Positions 23,790-33,587 of a stretch of 64,000 nucleotides of DNA are shown in pieces; the first letter of the stretch is position 1; every line of letters begins with the position of its first letter. The DNA comes from a virus (lineage: Duplodnaviria > Caudoviricetes), in IMG/VR virus record IMGVR_UViG_3300023175_000030, positions 935-64,934 of that record; one strand, given 5' to 3'. The translations under genes and the position numbers were made by a program. Under the pieces are notes generated by a model. That model was not told where the DNA came from and did not search any database. It worked only from the letters and a program-made list of their open reading frames with translations.

Positions 23790-25043
23790 TTACTTATCCC
23801 ATGCCTTTGCTGCAGTAAAGTTATTATAACTAAATTCCATTCGATCTACAATTTTGACGGCATTACCTTTCGTATCAATTGCAACATAACCTTCTGGATT
23901 TGTCACTTCATAACCGTTTTTTGTACGAACAAAAATCTGCGTTAATTGTTTAACACTATTTAGTTTATTTATAATAAGAGACTTAGCACTAATTAATTCT
24001 TCCATAAAATCAACAATTGCATATGCAACACTATCTAATTTAATTAATTGCTTTACTGCCTCATCTCTAATTCTCTCTTTATCTTTTCTTGCACCTTCTG
24101 TTTTTAATTTTGCAATAACCTTTTCATCAAAAAAGTTTTTAACATACATCGAATAGTCTAGATTTTTCATATTCTTTGTAGAAATATTCTGTCCTTCACG
24201 AATATATGTGTTAAGATATGTTTTAAAACTTGCACCAGCAAGTCCTTTGATGAAAGTTTTGTTTTGGAGTTGCATGAATGTTTTAAAGTCGTTTGCTTTA
24301 ATTTTCTTAAATTTTCTACCAACTTGAGACATTTGACCATTAAATGTTTTTAGTTCAGAAGAAGTAAATTTTGCAGAACCAGAAACATCTTTATATGTTG
24401 CATCATCCATCCACACAGACGAGGTTTTCTTTAGTCCAGAAATATTAACACCAAAAGAAGCTGTCATTGATGGTAAATCTTTTCCAGAATATGTTGTATG
24501 CCAAACAACTCCAATCTTTGCAGCGTTGATCGCCCTTCCTAAGTCAGAGTCTTTCTGAACTGCATACATCAATGTATTTTGTTGAAATGTTAGATATGTC
24601 TCACCGTCAAGTGTTTTTTCTGACACATCATCAGTAAACATTAAGTCTCCTTGAATAACACCCTTAATTCCCAATTTAGAAAATTCTTGAAGTGCAACAG
24701 TAAATTTTGATTTTAAGGCAGGACTGAGTTTTGTATCTGCAGCAATCTCTGCCGTACTTTTATATAACAATGGAGTCTCATTAAATACAGACTTTTTTGC
24801 AATAAAAAACTTACCATCTGATGGGTCAATTCCAGCGAATATAGCAGGAGCACCGTCCCATTTAACTGTCATGTTTACTTTAGAATCTGAGTTTCCAGAC
24901 AACATGTCTCTTAAAGATAAAAGAAATCGAACAGCAGCACGACCACCATCGACCCCAAAGTTTAAAATTTCATCTTCAAGGTGTTCTAAGTGTAGATTTT
25001 TTCCACCTTTTGATTCAGTAAGATATTTTTTAAATGATTTCAT
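23790..25043 (-). CDS. DUF6267-like protein, covalent nucleotidyltransferase (ligase) fold, with capsid-targeting-like N-terminus
   Basis: MKSFKKYLTE leader; KNLHLEHLED; motif I TVKWDG, III IQGDLMF, IV PEGYV, V AVKIVDR. Confidence 0.75.
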   Translation of the reverse strand: MKSFKKYLTESKGGKNLHLEHLEDEILNFGVDGGRAAVRFLLSLRDMLSGNSDSKVNMTVKWDGAPAIFAGIDPSDGKFFIAKKSVFNETPLLYKSTAEIAADTKLSPALKSKFTVALQEFSKLGIKGVIQGDLMFTDDVSEKTLDGETYLTFQQNTLMYAVQKDSDLGRAINAAKIGVVWHTTYSGKDLPSMTASFGVNISGLKKTSSVWMDDATYKDVSGSAKFTSSELKTFNGQMSQVGRKFKKIKANDFKTFMQLQNKTFIKGLAGASFKTYLNTYIREGQNISTKNMKNLDYSMYVKNFFDEKVIAKLKTEGARKDKERIRDEAVKQLIKLDSVAYAIVDFMEELISAKSLIINKLNSVKQLTQIFVRTKNGYEVTNPEGYVAIDTKGNAVKIVDRMEFSYNNFTAAKAWDK

Positions 25044-26404
25044 TAGTAAAGTTTCCCGAATGGCCCAAATATTTTCCCCTTCTTCTGGGCAAGATATGTT
25101 AAAGTTGTTAGTAAATCATCTCTTTTTTCGTCATTTGTAATAGAGACAATTTCACACACCAAATGCAGCTGCATCAATTTACTATGAGCATAATCTGGTC
25201 TGGATGTATTAAATACCGATACCACATTCTTTTGAAACTGGTTTTCGGTTATTCCTGTATATTGTTTTACTTTATTGAATTTATACAAGAATCTATTATA
25301 ATCATTCATAAATTCTTGTTCGGATGTAGGATAGTTTTTGTTATCGTTATCCCAAGTAAGGCCTTCATCTGTAAAAATTTTTCTGGCCATATCTAAAGGA
25401 ACTTTACCAAGTCTTGCAGAAGTCGCACCCAAGTCTGTCCCTTCAATTTTTAAATTATTAAACCCAGCACTATTTTGTCTGATTTGAAATTTAATTTTTC
25501 CCTTTTTACCTTCTACAACAATTTTGGTATCTGAGTTAATAAACTCTCCATTACCTTTTGTTTTTAAATTTATATCAATATCAGAAAGTTTAAAATTATA
25601 TTCTTTATCATCGAAAATATCCATATTTTCTAGATTCACAAGTTCCCATTTTGCAGTTCTCCCAGACATTTTCTTTAGAGAAATTCCAACGATTCTTCTC
25701 TCATGAAACATATCTCTAAGAATAGCATTAAATTCTTCTAATGAAGTTACATCGTCTAATACCTTTTCTTTCAAGGTATTTTTTACTTTATTAAGGTCAG
25801 ATACTAGCCATATATCTGCAGGATTCCAAGTATCCTTTTTTGCAATACCATATTTTTGTTTGCAAATACTAGTAATATAATCCATAAACCCACCATCTCT
25901 GGAGTAGTGTCCATATCTGGTGTTTCCGACTTCTCTATATGTGGTGAGTTGTTGCTGGAAGAATGTGTTTTCCCATTCTTCATTCATTGCAGGATATATC
26001 GTTTTCAAATCATTGCGATATAATTTCATAAAGGCGCCTTGATTAGTATACCCATTATTTTCAATACTTTTTTGTATTGCAAAAAGAGAGGCGAGTTCTT
26101 GCATCTGGGTAGTCTTCCCATCAGAACCGCCTCCCATTCCACTAAAGGGCGCTTTATCTATTTGTGTCCACTTGTATCCATTAAAAATGGGAAGGTACTG
26201 GCCACCTTTTGTTAAAGAACCTGTAACTCTAGGTTGTGATTTGTCCTTCACTGCCCCAAGAAACTTTTTCACTTCTGGAGTCAATTGAACTACGGCCTTT
26301 GATCTATCCGCAAACTTTAGTTCTTTTTTACCATTAATAACATCTGCAACCATATTCAAATATGGTTTTTCAAACTTTGCTTCTTTTGATCCAAGGTTTG
26401 CCAA
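25043..26404 (-). CDS. hypothetical protein, PD-(D/E)xK-like nuclease candidate
   Basis: QEL(S), KDTWNPADIWL, IVGISLKK motif arrangement; first gene after late promoter. Confidence 0.6.
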   Translation of the reverse strand: MANLGSKEAKFEKPYLNMVADVINGKKELKFADRSKAVVQLTPEVKKFLGAVKDKSQPRVTGSLTKGGQYLPIFNGYKWTQIDKAPFSGMGGGSDGKTTQMQELASLFAIQKSIENNGYTNQGAFMKLYRNDLKTIYPAMNEEWENTFFQQQLTTYREVGNTRYGHYSRDGGFMDYITSICKQKYGIAKKDTWNPADIWLVSDLNKVKNTLKEKVLDDVTSLEEFNAILRDMFHERRIVGISLKKMSGRTAKWELVNLENMDIFDDKEYNFKLSDIDINLKTKGNGEFINSDTKIVVEGKKGKIKFQIRQNSAGFNNLKIEGTDLGATSARLGKVPLDMARKIFTDEGLTWDNDNKNYPTSEQEFMNDYNRFLYKFNKVKQYTGITENQFQKNVVSVFNTSRPDYAHSKLMQLHLVCEIVSITNDEKRDDLLTTLTYLAQKKGKIFGPFGKLY

Positions 26405-26435
26405 TGGAATTCCCTTTTTATTAAGTTAATACCAT

Positions 26436-26443
26436 TATTTATA
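26436..26443 (-). promoter_or_regulatory. T4 late promoter TATAAATA heading the 26404-12896 block
   Basis: Exact consensus 32 nt upstream of the ATG. Confidence 0.8.
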
Positions 26444-26446
26444 ATT

Positions 26447-27097
26447 TTACATATAATGGAGATATGTGCCGACAACATACTTATCATCAGACTTTGCGGG
26501 CATACATTGATGTGGGTGTGTCCAGAAAGGCGGCCAGATTGCAAGTCTTCCCTTAACTGGATTCACACTTAGATTATAATCTGGGAAAACGGTCTCCCCA
26601 CCCTCTTCGACATCATTCAAATAAAAGAAACATGCAACAAATCTTTTTGCAGATAAGTGGTCTCCAACATCTGAATGATATTTAAAATCATCAGCAGAAC
26701 CCTTAGTATATTTTTTCATTTTAATTTCTTCGTTGACACACTGGCCAGGAAAAAACATAATGTTATTATGTCTGCGATACATTTCAGTATACTCAGAAAT
26801 AATAGTTAAAAGTTTCATAGAAAATTCTTCAAACTCTGGGAACTTTTCAGATAGTTCTGGGTCAAAGAAATTTACTTCGGTATATGTTCTCGCTTCGGTA
26901 TTTACTTTTCTGTGATGTTCGTTTGCATCTTCAAACAATTCAATCATCTTAGTACAATCTTCATCAGATAAAACATTATCCCAAACAGAAATAAATGCCC
27001 GTTGTCCATCTGGTGGTCGTATATCAAAATTATCTTCATCTACTTCAAAATGAACTGTTGTTTCTGCAGTAGTTGCAGTATTTGCTTCTTGTGTCAT
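26447..27097 (-). CDS. 2OG-Fe(II) oxygenase (prolyl-4-hydroxylase-like)
   Basis: KYHSD, FYLNDVEEGGETVF, WTHPH, KY motifs. Confidence 0.88.
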   Translation of the reverse strand: MTQEANTATTAETTVHFEVDEDNFDIRPPDGQRAFISVWDNVLSDEDCTKMIELFEDANEHHRKVNTEARTYTEVNFFDPELSEKFPEFEEFSMKLLTIISEYTEMYRRHNNIMFFPGQCVNEEIKMKKYTKGSADDFKYHSDVGDHLSAKRFVACFFYLNDVEEGGETVFPDYNLSVNPVKGRLAIWPPFWTHPHQCMPAKSDDKYVVGTYLHYM

Positions 27098-28470
27098 ATT
27101 TTTATCTCCACACTTCCAATTTTTTTCTTTCCTTCGTTTTGAAAATTCTTATAGGACGATGTACTCACCTCTTCTACGATATCATCTTGTGCAGAATTTT
27201 CTGCATCGTAAAGTCTCATCTTTGGCCTATCGATTCCAACAACAAAGCGTTTATGATTATTAATGTCATTATATCTATTCTTCAATTGTTTAACCAGAAT
27301 CTGATTCATGTCTTCCAACTCTTCAGTAGATATCAACGCAAACATCAAGTCTGCAGTCGCAGGAAGTCCAAATGACTCTGAAGTATCTGTTAAGTCAACA
27401 TCTGTATTTGAGTAACCAGAACGAGTGGTCTGTGTCGCACTGATGATAGGTACATCATTCTCAACAGCAAGTCCTCTCAGTTCTTCTGCAATTGATTTTA
27501 CAAGAGTATAAGAGTTTATACCAGCACCATATCGAATTCTTGCAGAACTACAAATATTCAAATAATCAATGAATATAACATCTGGCGTAAAGTTCTTTTT
27601 CAGATGCAATTCATTCAACAAATGTCTAAAGTGATTTGCATTTGCAACTGCAGTTGGATACTCTTTAATAATCAACTTACCAGTGGTTTTGTTTTTAATC
27701 TTTTCTATTTTCTTCTCAAATGAAGATTTCGAAGTACTTGCAACATCCGCAATAGAAATGTTAAGTAAGTTAGCATCAATTCTTTCTGCAATTTTTTCTT
27801 CAGACATTTCTAATGTAATGTATAAAACATTTTTCCCCATCATATAATGGTTTGCTGCAAGATCGCACATAAACAAAGATTTACCAACACCTGTACCAGC
27901 AAGAGCAACATTTAATGTTTTGTTCGATAGTCCACCTTTGGTAATTTCGTTGAATAATTCCAAGTGAAAAGGTATCTTTTCTTCTACTCTATTATAAAAC
28001 TCAAATCTAGTTTCAAAATCATCAACAAAATCATGTCCAATATGTGTATCAAATGATACAGCAAGTGCATCCTGTAGTAGTTTTGGTAAATCACCCTTCT
28101 GATCTTCATGGTCATTCAATATACTGATAGATTTCATAACTGCATTATATAATGCACGCTCTTGACACCACTTTTCAGTATGATCTACTTGCCAGTCAGT
28201 TTCTTTCTCATCAGTTTCTTTTAATGACTCAATAAGAGCATGTGACTCTTTAAAATTATTTTCACTCAAACTAACATCATCTAATGATATCATTAAAGAA
28301 TCTTTGGTTGGGGTAGTATTGTATTTTTCAACATGACTACGAATCAACTCAAATATAACTTTATTTGGTTCACTAGTAAAATAATCTTTTTCTAGGTATG
28401 GCAATGTTCTTCGCACATAATCTTCATTAGAATATAATGCACTTAGAATTATACTTTCACTTAATTCCAT
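27094..28470 (-). CDS. gp41: replicative DNA helicase gp41
   Basis: LAGTGVGKS, ITLEM, KEYPT, IDYLNI, SATQTTR, ESFGLPATAD. Confidence 0.95.
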   Translation of the reverse strand: MELSESIILSALYSNEDYVRRTLPYLEKDYFTSEPNKVIFELIRSHVEKYNTTPTKDSLMISLDDVSLSENNFKESHALIESLKETDEKETDWQVDHTEKWCQERALYNAVMKSISILNDHEDQKGDLPKLLQDALAVSFDTHIGHDFVDDFETRFEFYNRVEEKIPFHLELFNEITKGGLSNKTLNVALAGTGVGKSLFMCDLAANHYMMGKNVLYITLEMSEEKIAERIDANLLNISIADVASTSKSSFEKKIEKIKNKTTGKLIIKEYPTAVANANHFRHLLNELHLKKNFTPDVIFIDYLNICSSARIRYGAGINSYTLVKSIAEELRGLAVENDVPIISATQTTRSGYSNTDVDLTDTSESFGLPATADLMFALISTEELEDMNQILVKQLKNRYNDINNHKRFVVGIDRPKMRLYDAENSAQDDIVEEVSTSSYKNFQNEGKKKIGSVEIKI

Positions 28471-28789
28471 TCAATTTATCCGCTTCATCATAAAGTTTTT
28501 TTGCTTCAGACTCTAAGGTCTTCGCTCTATTATGTAGTTCTATAATCTTTTCTTCTTTAGTTAAAGTTTTTTTTTGATCGATCAAAGTAATTGTTTCTGG
28601 TTCTTTATCTTCAGTACCATAAACTTCTTTCCACTTATCTGCAGGACATCTTAGATTTGCAATCTTTGCTTTTGCAGGCATAAAACATCCACACTTTTTA
28701 CATACGAGTGCCAAACCTTGAAAGTGTTCACACCCTCTACAAGTATTAAGTCTTTGTTTATATACATGTTTAGAAGCAAAGATTTTCAT
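28457..28789 (-). CDS. Cys-rich small protein (DUF6171-like)
   Basis: R...C..C.......C..CGCF...K......CP...W pattern. Confidence 0.7.
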   Translation of the reverse strand: MKIFASKHVYKQRLNTCRGCEHFQGLALVCKKCGCFMPAKAKIANLRCPADKWKEVYGTEDKEPETITLIDQKKTLTKEEKIIELHNRAKTLESEAKKLYDEADKLNGIK

Positions 28790-29806
28790 CTAATTACCAA
28801 CTCTATATTTCTTTTTCAAGAAGTCATTGAATTTAGAATCCACCAATAAGTCTTTCCAAAACTCAGGGGTATGGGTTTCTTTTTCACGAAACTTCTTATC
28901 ATCAACCTCACCAGTTTCTGGATCAACCATTTGATACCATCCACCAGATCTAGATATTACACCATAATCTAGTGCCATGTCAAGAAGACCTGATGTTTTA
29001 TCTACACCATTATCCCAAGATACCGAAATTGGAATTTTAGATTTTTCTTTAACAAACCTAGACTTCTCCACATTGATTACAAAGTGATAACCTTGAATTT
29101 CTGCACCAACTTTATCTTGTTGTCTACCTACAATCCAAATAGTATCTGCACTATAATACATTCCAGTACCACCAGAAACTACCTTTGTTGGATACAGTCC
29201 TTGAGAATCGTATGTATGATTAATTGCAACCATTGGAATATCTTTCATTGTTAGATGCGGTGTTACCATTCTAAACAAAGACTTGAATTGTTTTGCTCTT
29301 GTCATATCGGCGGCAGACTTTTGATTCTCTGCATCCTCTACTTCTTTTTTGGATGCAAGGTTTCCCACAGAATCGACCATGATAAAAAGTTTGTCTTCTG
29401 TTTCGATTTCTTTTAATTGCGAAACTATATCAAATTTTAATTCTTCCAAATCAGTAACTGGAATATGTACAACTCTTGATGTATCGATATCGAACACATC
29501 AAAATAATTTTGCGGTGTACCAAATTCACTATCATAAAAAAGTGCAACACCTTCTGGATACTTGTCAAGATATGCCTTCATCATAATCAAACCAAATGCA
29601 GTCTTGAAGTGTTTACTAGGGCCTGCAATCATAGTCAACCCAGATGTATATCCTTTATCCAACGAACCAGAAAATGCAACATTCACTGCAGGAATGTTTG
29701 TAGGAATATTATCCTTTTCGTGTAGAAATGGAGATTCGGAAAGAGTATTAACTCTTCCGTCTTTGAAAGAAGTATTCTTTCTCAATTTACTCATTAGTCC
29801 AGACAT
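28790..29806 (-). CDS. uvsX: RecA-like recombinase UvsX
   Basis: AGPSKHFKT, YDSEFG, DSVGNLASKKE, SGGTG.YYSAD. Confidence 0.95.
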   Translation of the reverse strand: MSGLMSKLRKNTSFKDGRVNTLSESPFLHEKDNIPTNIPAVNVAFSGSLDKGYTSGLTMIAGPSKHFKTAFGLIMMKAYLDKYPEGVALFYDSEFGTPQNYFDVFDIDTSRVVHIPVTDLEELKFDIVSQLKEIETEDKLFIMVDSVGNLASKKEVEDAENQKSAADMTRAKQFKSLFRMVTPHLTMKDIPMVAINHTYDSQGLYPTKVVSGGTGMYYSADTIWIVGRQQDKVGAEIQGYHFVINVEKSRFVKEKSKIPISVSWDNGVDKTSGLLDMALDYGVISRSGGWYQMVDPETGEVDDKKFREKETHTPEFWKDLLVDSKFNDFLKKKYRVGN

Positions 29807-29818
29807 ATTATTCTCCTA

Positions 29819-32347
29819 TTAAAAAAAATCGTCTATTGTGAATATTTTTTCAACCTTCCATCCAATAGCATCAGTGATGGTTTTAATTGGATCAAGGAAG
29901 GCCTTTTCGAATTGTTTTGTATAGTCAATGTAATCATTTAATCCAAACTCATTTGGAATAACTGATGCCATCGCAATGGTATTATTGCCAATTGGATTTG
30001 GTTCTTTAAGGTAAACAAACTTAATCTTTTCACCTTCTTGAATTAGTGGGTATGTCATCTGAAGTTTGTGTTTCTTAACCAAATTATTGAAATGAATGAC
30101 ACCCTTTACATGGATGGGCGTTCCCTTCTTGTATAGTTCTGCAGAATCGAAATACTTTCGTAATCCGTTGACACTTCTAGGAAATGCAACCTCATCTACA
30201 GGAAAGGTTTTAAAGTCTTCTCTAAAAGTGTCGATAAACTGAATAAGTTCATCGTTATCACCACCCATAATAACCTTAAAGGATTCTTTCAATTTATCCC
30301 GACATGCTGCTGGGGTAGATGATCGAACCGCCTCAATGCCCATAATTTTTAGGTCTGGTTCTTTATATCGAACTCCCTCACTGTCATGGACATTTAGAAT
30401 ATATCTTTTCTTCGCAGTCCACAATCCTTTTGATGCAATAACTTCTCTTTTCATGAACATCTTCTGTTCATATGCATTCATATACGAAGCAAGTTCTTGA
30501 TAACTACGATCAATAAAAGGTTCGAATTTCTCTTGAGCGACTCTATCAAGGAAGTTAACCACTCGTTCCGTTTGTATACTATCCTCAGTTTCCTTGTCTG
30601 CAGTTCCTTGGTTAAACACTTTATGTACCAAGTCACCAAGAGTGACGTATATCGAATCCGTATCACTTGCAATAACGTAATTCTTTTCTTGTTCATTTTG
30701 TAGAATTTTGTTGACATATTCATTTACTTTCTTTTCAATCCATCTGATAGATAACTGTCCAGATAGAGTGATAGACTCCGCCTGTCTGATATCGAAATAC
30801 CTAAAGTACTGATTCCCCAACGCACCATAAGCCGAGTTGAGAAGAATCTTTGCGGCCATCTGTTTATTATTGAGTGCGGCAATCCTTTTGTCTAGTTCTT
30901 TGGGGTCGCCGTCACCATCAATTTTCTTTTGTTTTGTCTTCAACATTTCCTTCTTATACAAAACCCTGTCATCATACATCTTCTGCATAAGTTTTGGAAG
31001 GAAACCTTTTTTGTCATTATTATATAGAACACCATTAGGGGTAAGTGACAAGTTACTCTTAGAAATAATTTCCGTATTTGTTTTCATTTCTAATAAATCG
31101 TCAACGGATGTATCTACTCTGTCTGTTTCAACCAAGGTTTCTGGTGAAATGTTGTATTGCATGATAAGGTGTGGGTATAGACTGTTCAAGTCAAACGAAA
31201 GAATCCAGTCATGCATTCCGACAGTCGGTTCCTTTACATACGCACCGGCGTATGCAGCAGTTTTACTGTTATTTCTTTTTGGTGGAATGACAATATTATC
31301 TTTTTTAAGATGATTGAATGCAATCGAGTCCCAAGTTTTGATAGGAGAAAAAACCTCATCATAGTTCACTCTCGCCTCATATGCAATTGTAATCAACAGT
31401 TCTAAGAGTTTAAGTTTATCGTCAAGTCTATCAACAAGTTCAACATCTTTGATATTATAGTCAATATACTTTTGATAGTCTTCTTTGTAGAACAGATGCA
31501 TGTGCGAGAACTCTGAGTGGTCTAACTTTCTTTCACCCAACTCGACAAAGGCAATATGGTCAAGACGATAACTTTCTCTCGTAACATAGGTAAACTTTCG
31601 ATACAAGTCAAGATAATCAACAATGTTAATACCAAGTACATTGACTTGTTCTTGTAGTTGGCCACGAATGTTTTTTTGCATTCTATCTACAATACCCCAA
31701 GGAGAAAGTCTTTTGGTGTTATCTTCTCCAAGGATTTTTGTGATACGGTTTACGAGATAACTCATATCAAACTGATTAACATTCCAACCAGTCACAATAT
31801 CAATATCTGCAGCCTCCCACAAATTTAAGAAAGACTTGAGAAGTTCAATCTCACTGGTACATTTGTAATACTTAATATTGAGGTGAGACAAAGACTCATT
31901 AGTATTCTCCCAGTCTCCCAAACCAAGAACAGTATACATACCATCATACTTAAGAGTAATGGCGTTTACTCGTTCTATTGCTTCTAGGGGATTGGGGAAA
32001 CCGTTTTCACACTCGACCTCAATGTCAAGTGTTGCAATTCTAATCTTGTCCAGATCAAATTCTAAATCTGAATAGTTGTCTGCAATGTACGGATAAATAA
32101 ACTGCGTCATTCCGTAGAATGACAGAATACCATCATTTTCTTTTATCTTTGCTCTTGCCGTACGGATATCTGGAAATTTAACTTTTCTCAAATATTTACC
32201 ATCAAGAGAACGATGTGATGTTTTTTCTTTTACTTCATAAAAAAGAGATGGTGAGTAAGAAGTTCGATACCTCTTACGCTCACCATCAACAGTTTCTTTG
32301 ACAAGAATTTTATTTCCAAGATTCTGGATATTAGTATAAAATCGCAT
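29819..32347 (-). CDS. gp43: family B DNA polymerase gp43
   Basis: DIEV exonuclease motif, SFDLNSLYPH, KILLNSAYG, ASDTDS, KKRY. Confidence 0.96.
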   Translation of the reverse strand: MRFYTNIQNLGNKILVKETVDGERKRYRTSYSPSLFYEVKEKTSHRSLDGKYLRKVKFPDIRTARAKIKENDGILSFYGMTQFIYPYIADNYSDLEFDLDKIRIATLDIEVECENGFPNPLEAIERVNAITLKYDGMYTVLGLGDWENTNESLSHLNIKYYKCTSEIELLKSFLNLWEAADIDIVTGWNVNQFDMSYLVNRITKILGEDNTKRLSPWGIVDRMQKNIRGQLQEQVNVLGINIVDYLDLYRKFTYVTRESYRLDHIAFVELGERKLDHSEFSHMHLFYKEDYQKYIDYNIKDVELVDRLDDKLKLLELLITIAYEARVNYDEVFSPIKTWDSIAFNHLKKDNIVIPPKRNNSKTAAYAGAYVKEPTVGMHDWILSFDLNSLYPHLIMQYNISPETLVETDRVDTSVDDLLEMKTNTEIISKSNLSLTPNGVLYNNDKKGFLPKLMQKMYDDRVLYKKEMLKTKQKKIDGDGDPKELDKRIAALNNKQMAAKILLNSAYGALGNQYFRYFDIRQAESITLSGQLSIRWIEKKVNEYVNKILQNEQEKNYVIASDTDSIYVTLGDLVHKVFNQGTADKETEDSIQTERVVNFLDRVAQEKFEPFIDRSYQELASYMNAYEQKMFMKREVIASKGLWTAKKRYILNVHDSEGVRYKEPDLKIMGIEAVRSSTPAACRDKLKESFKVIMGGDNDELIQFIDTFREDFKTFPVDEVAFPRSVNGLRKYFDSAELYKKGTPIHVKGVIHFNNLVKKHKLQMTYPLIQEGEKIKFVYLKEPNPIGNNTIAMASVIPNEFGLNDYIDYTKQFEKAFLDPIKTITDAIGWKVEKIFTIDDFF

Positions 32348-32376
32348 GATTCCTCATTATGTAAATTACTAGGTGC

Positions 32377-32405
32377 ATTATATCACACAACGCACAATAA
32401 GTCAA
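32377..32405 (-). promoter_or_regulatory. sigma70-like promoter TTGACT-N17-TATAAT for gp43
   Basis: Perfect -10, 17-nt spacer. Confidence 0.75.
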
Positions 32406-32408
32406 TCA

Positions 32409-32753
32409 CTAAACTTTAACAAATCCGTGATTTCCACCCTTTGGTGTTTTGAGTGTTGGTGTGCTTGGTGGGAGAACTAGCCCACTACCAAATATTTTAT
32501 TGTATTCATTAGTCAACTCATTTACAGGGTCAACAATAAATCCAACATATGATTTGGCAACCGTAATTCCGTCTGAAGATTTTGTATATGGCATAAAGGG
32601 TGCCAGGCCTACTCTTGCAGTAGCGGTTGTTGTATCGGCGTAAGAAGTGGCGATCTGACATACATCTTTTATGTAGATAGTACCATCTTCTTTTTCCGAT
32701 ACATCGCCCATAATCTCTTCACCAGAAATTAGTCGCAGAACTTTAACTGCCAT
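32409..32753 (-). CDS. conserved T4-like small protein (Sm-like fold candidate)
   Basis: Start reassigned to MAVKVLRLISGEEIMG; GLAPFMPY...Y.K.FGSGL. Confidence 0.75.
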   Translation of the reverse strand: MAVKVLRLISGEEIMGDVSEKEDGTIYIKDVCQIATSYADTTTATARVGLAPFMPYTKSSDGITVAKSYVGFIVDPVNELTNEYNKIFGSGLVLPPSTPTLKTPKGGNHGFVKV

Positions 32754-33027
32754 CTGTTGTTTCTGCAGGCTCTGGGGTTTCCGCTGTCTGTGGGACTGGT
32801 TGCTGTTGAATATTTGCAAAATACTGAATTACAGTTTTTAGTTTGTCTTCTGCCATTGCAAGGTGACAAACCTGTTCATCCATTTCTGCCACAATATCAC
32901 TATGTTCACCAACACCTACAGAATTTTCAAAATATGTTTGAAGATTTGCAATTGCCATATCTCTTTCATATTCATACTTTCTAATAAGTGCTCTCAATTT
33001 CATACTATTGGAATAATCGAACTTCAT
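32743..33027 (-). CDS. hypothetical protein (VGVGEH.DI..E motif)
   Basis: Start at MKFDYS with AGGAG SD. Confidence 0.75.
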   Translation of the reverse strand: MKFDYSNSMKLRALIRKYEYERDMAIANLQTYFENSVGVGEHSDIVAEMDEQVCHLAMAEDKLKTVIQYFANIQQQPVPQTAETPEPAETTDGS

Positions 33028-33352
33028 CTGCTTTCGCTCCTCTTTTGATCCATTTCTTTTCATTTTTAATGTGTGTTCTTAAACGTTTTTGTAACTCTCT
33101 ACTTTCAGGCGAGTCACCCAACCATTTAATAACTCTTCTTTCGAACCATGCCCACTCCATGTTCAATACTTTCTGTACAACATTTGGATGGGCAATTACG
33201 ATTTTTTTGTTATTCAATAAGTCTTGAATTAAAAGGTCATTTGGCAATCCTGGCGAGAATTCAATATCTCCCAACCCTCCAGAATTTTTAGAAACCTTAT
33301 AAACCTTATCCTCACTCATTTCAATTTCGGTTTCTTGTTCTGATAATTTCAT
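33005..33352 (-). CDS. hypothetical protein
   Basis: ORF track. Confidence 0.7.
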   Translation of the reverse strand: MKLSEQETEIEMSEDKVYKVSKNSGGLGDIEFSPGLPNDLLIQDLLNNKKIVIAHPNVVQKVLNMEWAWFERRVIKWLGDSPESRELQKRLRTHIKNEKKWIKRGAKADEVRLFQ

Positions 33353-33540
33353 TAACTATCGCCCTTAACAATCCATTCTTTTTCGTCTTGAATTTCTGCA
33401 CGGCGTGTTTTACACAACTTCATCAATTCATTAAGGTGTTTTCTTGCACGAATTCCTGCAGACTTATTACCTTTTTGAAATTTTTCATTTTCTAATTTAT
33501 ACTGTTCTAACTCAATTGTTAGTTGGTCATGTGTTTCCAT
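33352..33540 (-). CDS. histone H1-like (Hc1-like) small basic protein
   Basis: EKFQKGNKSAGIRARKHLNEL.K..K..R.EIQ signature. Confidence 0.7.
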   Translation of the reverse strand: METHDQLTIELEQYKLENEKFQKGNKSAGIRARKHLNELMKLCKTRRAEIQDEKEWIVKGDS

Positions 33541-33561
33541 TTTTTAATCCTCATCAAATGA

Positions 33562-33582
33562 TGGGGGGAATGGTTCCCCCCA
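33562..33582. terminator. GC-rich hairpin after hsp20
   Basis: TGGGGGGAA-tgg-TTCCCCCCA perfect inverted repeat. Confidence 0.6.
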
Positions 33583-33587
33583 ATTTT

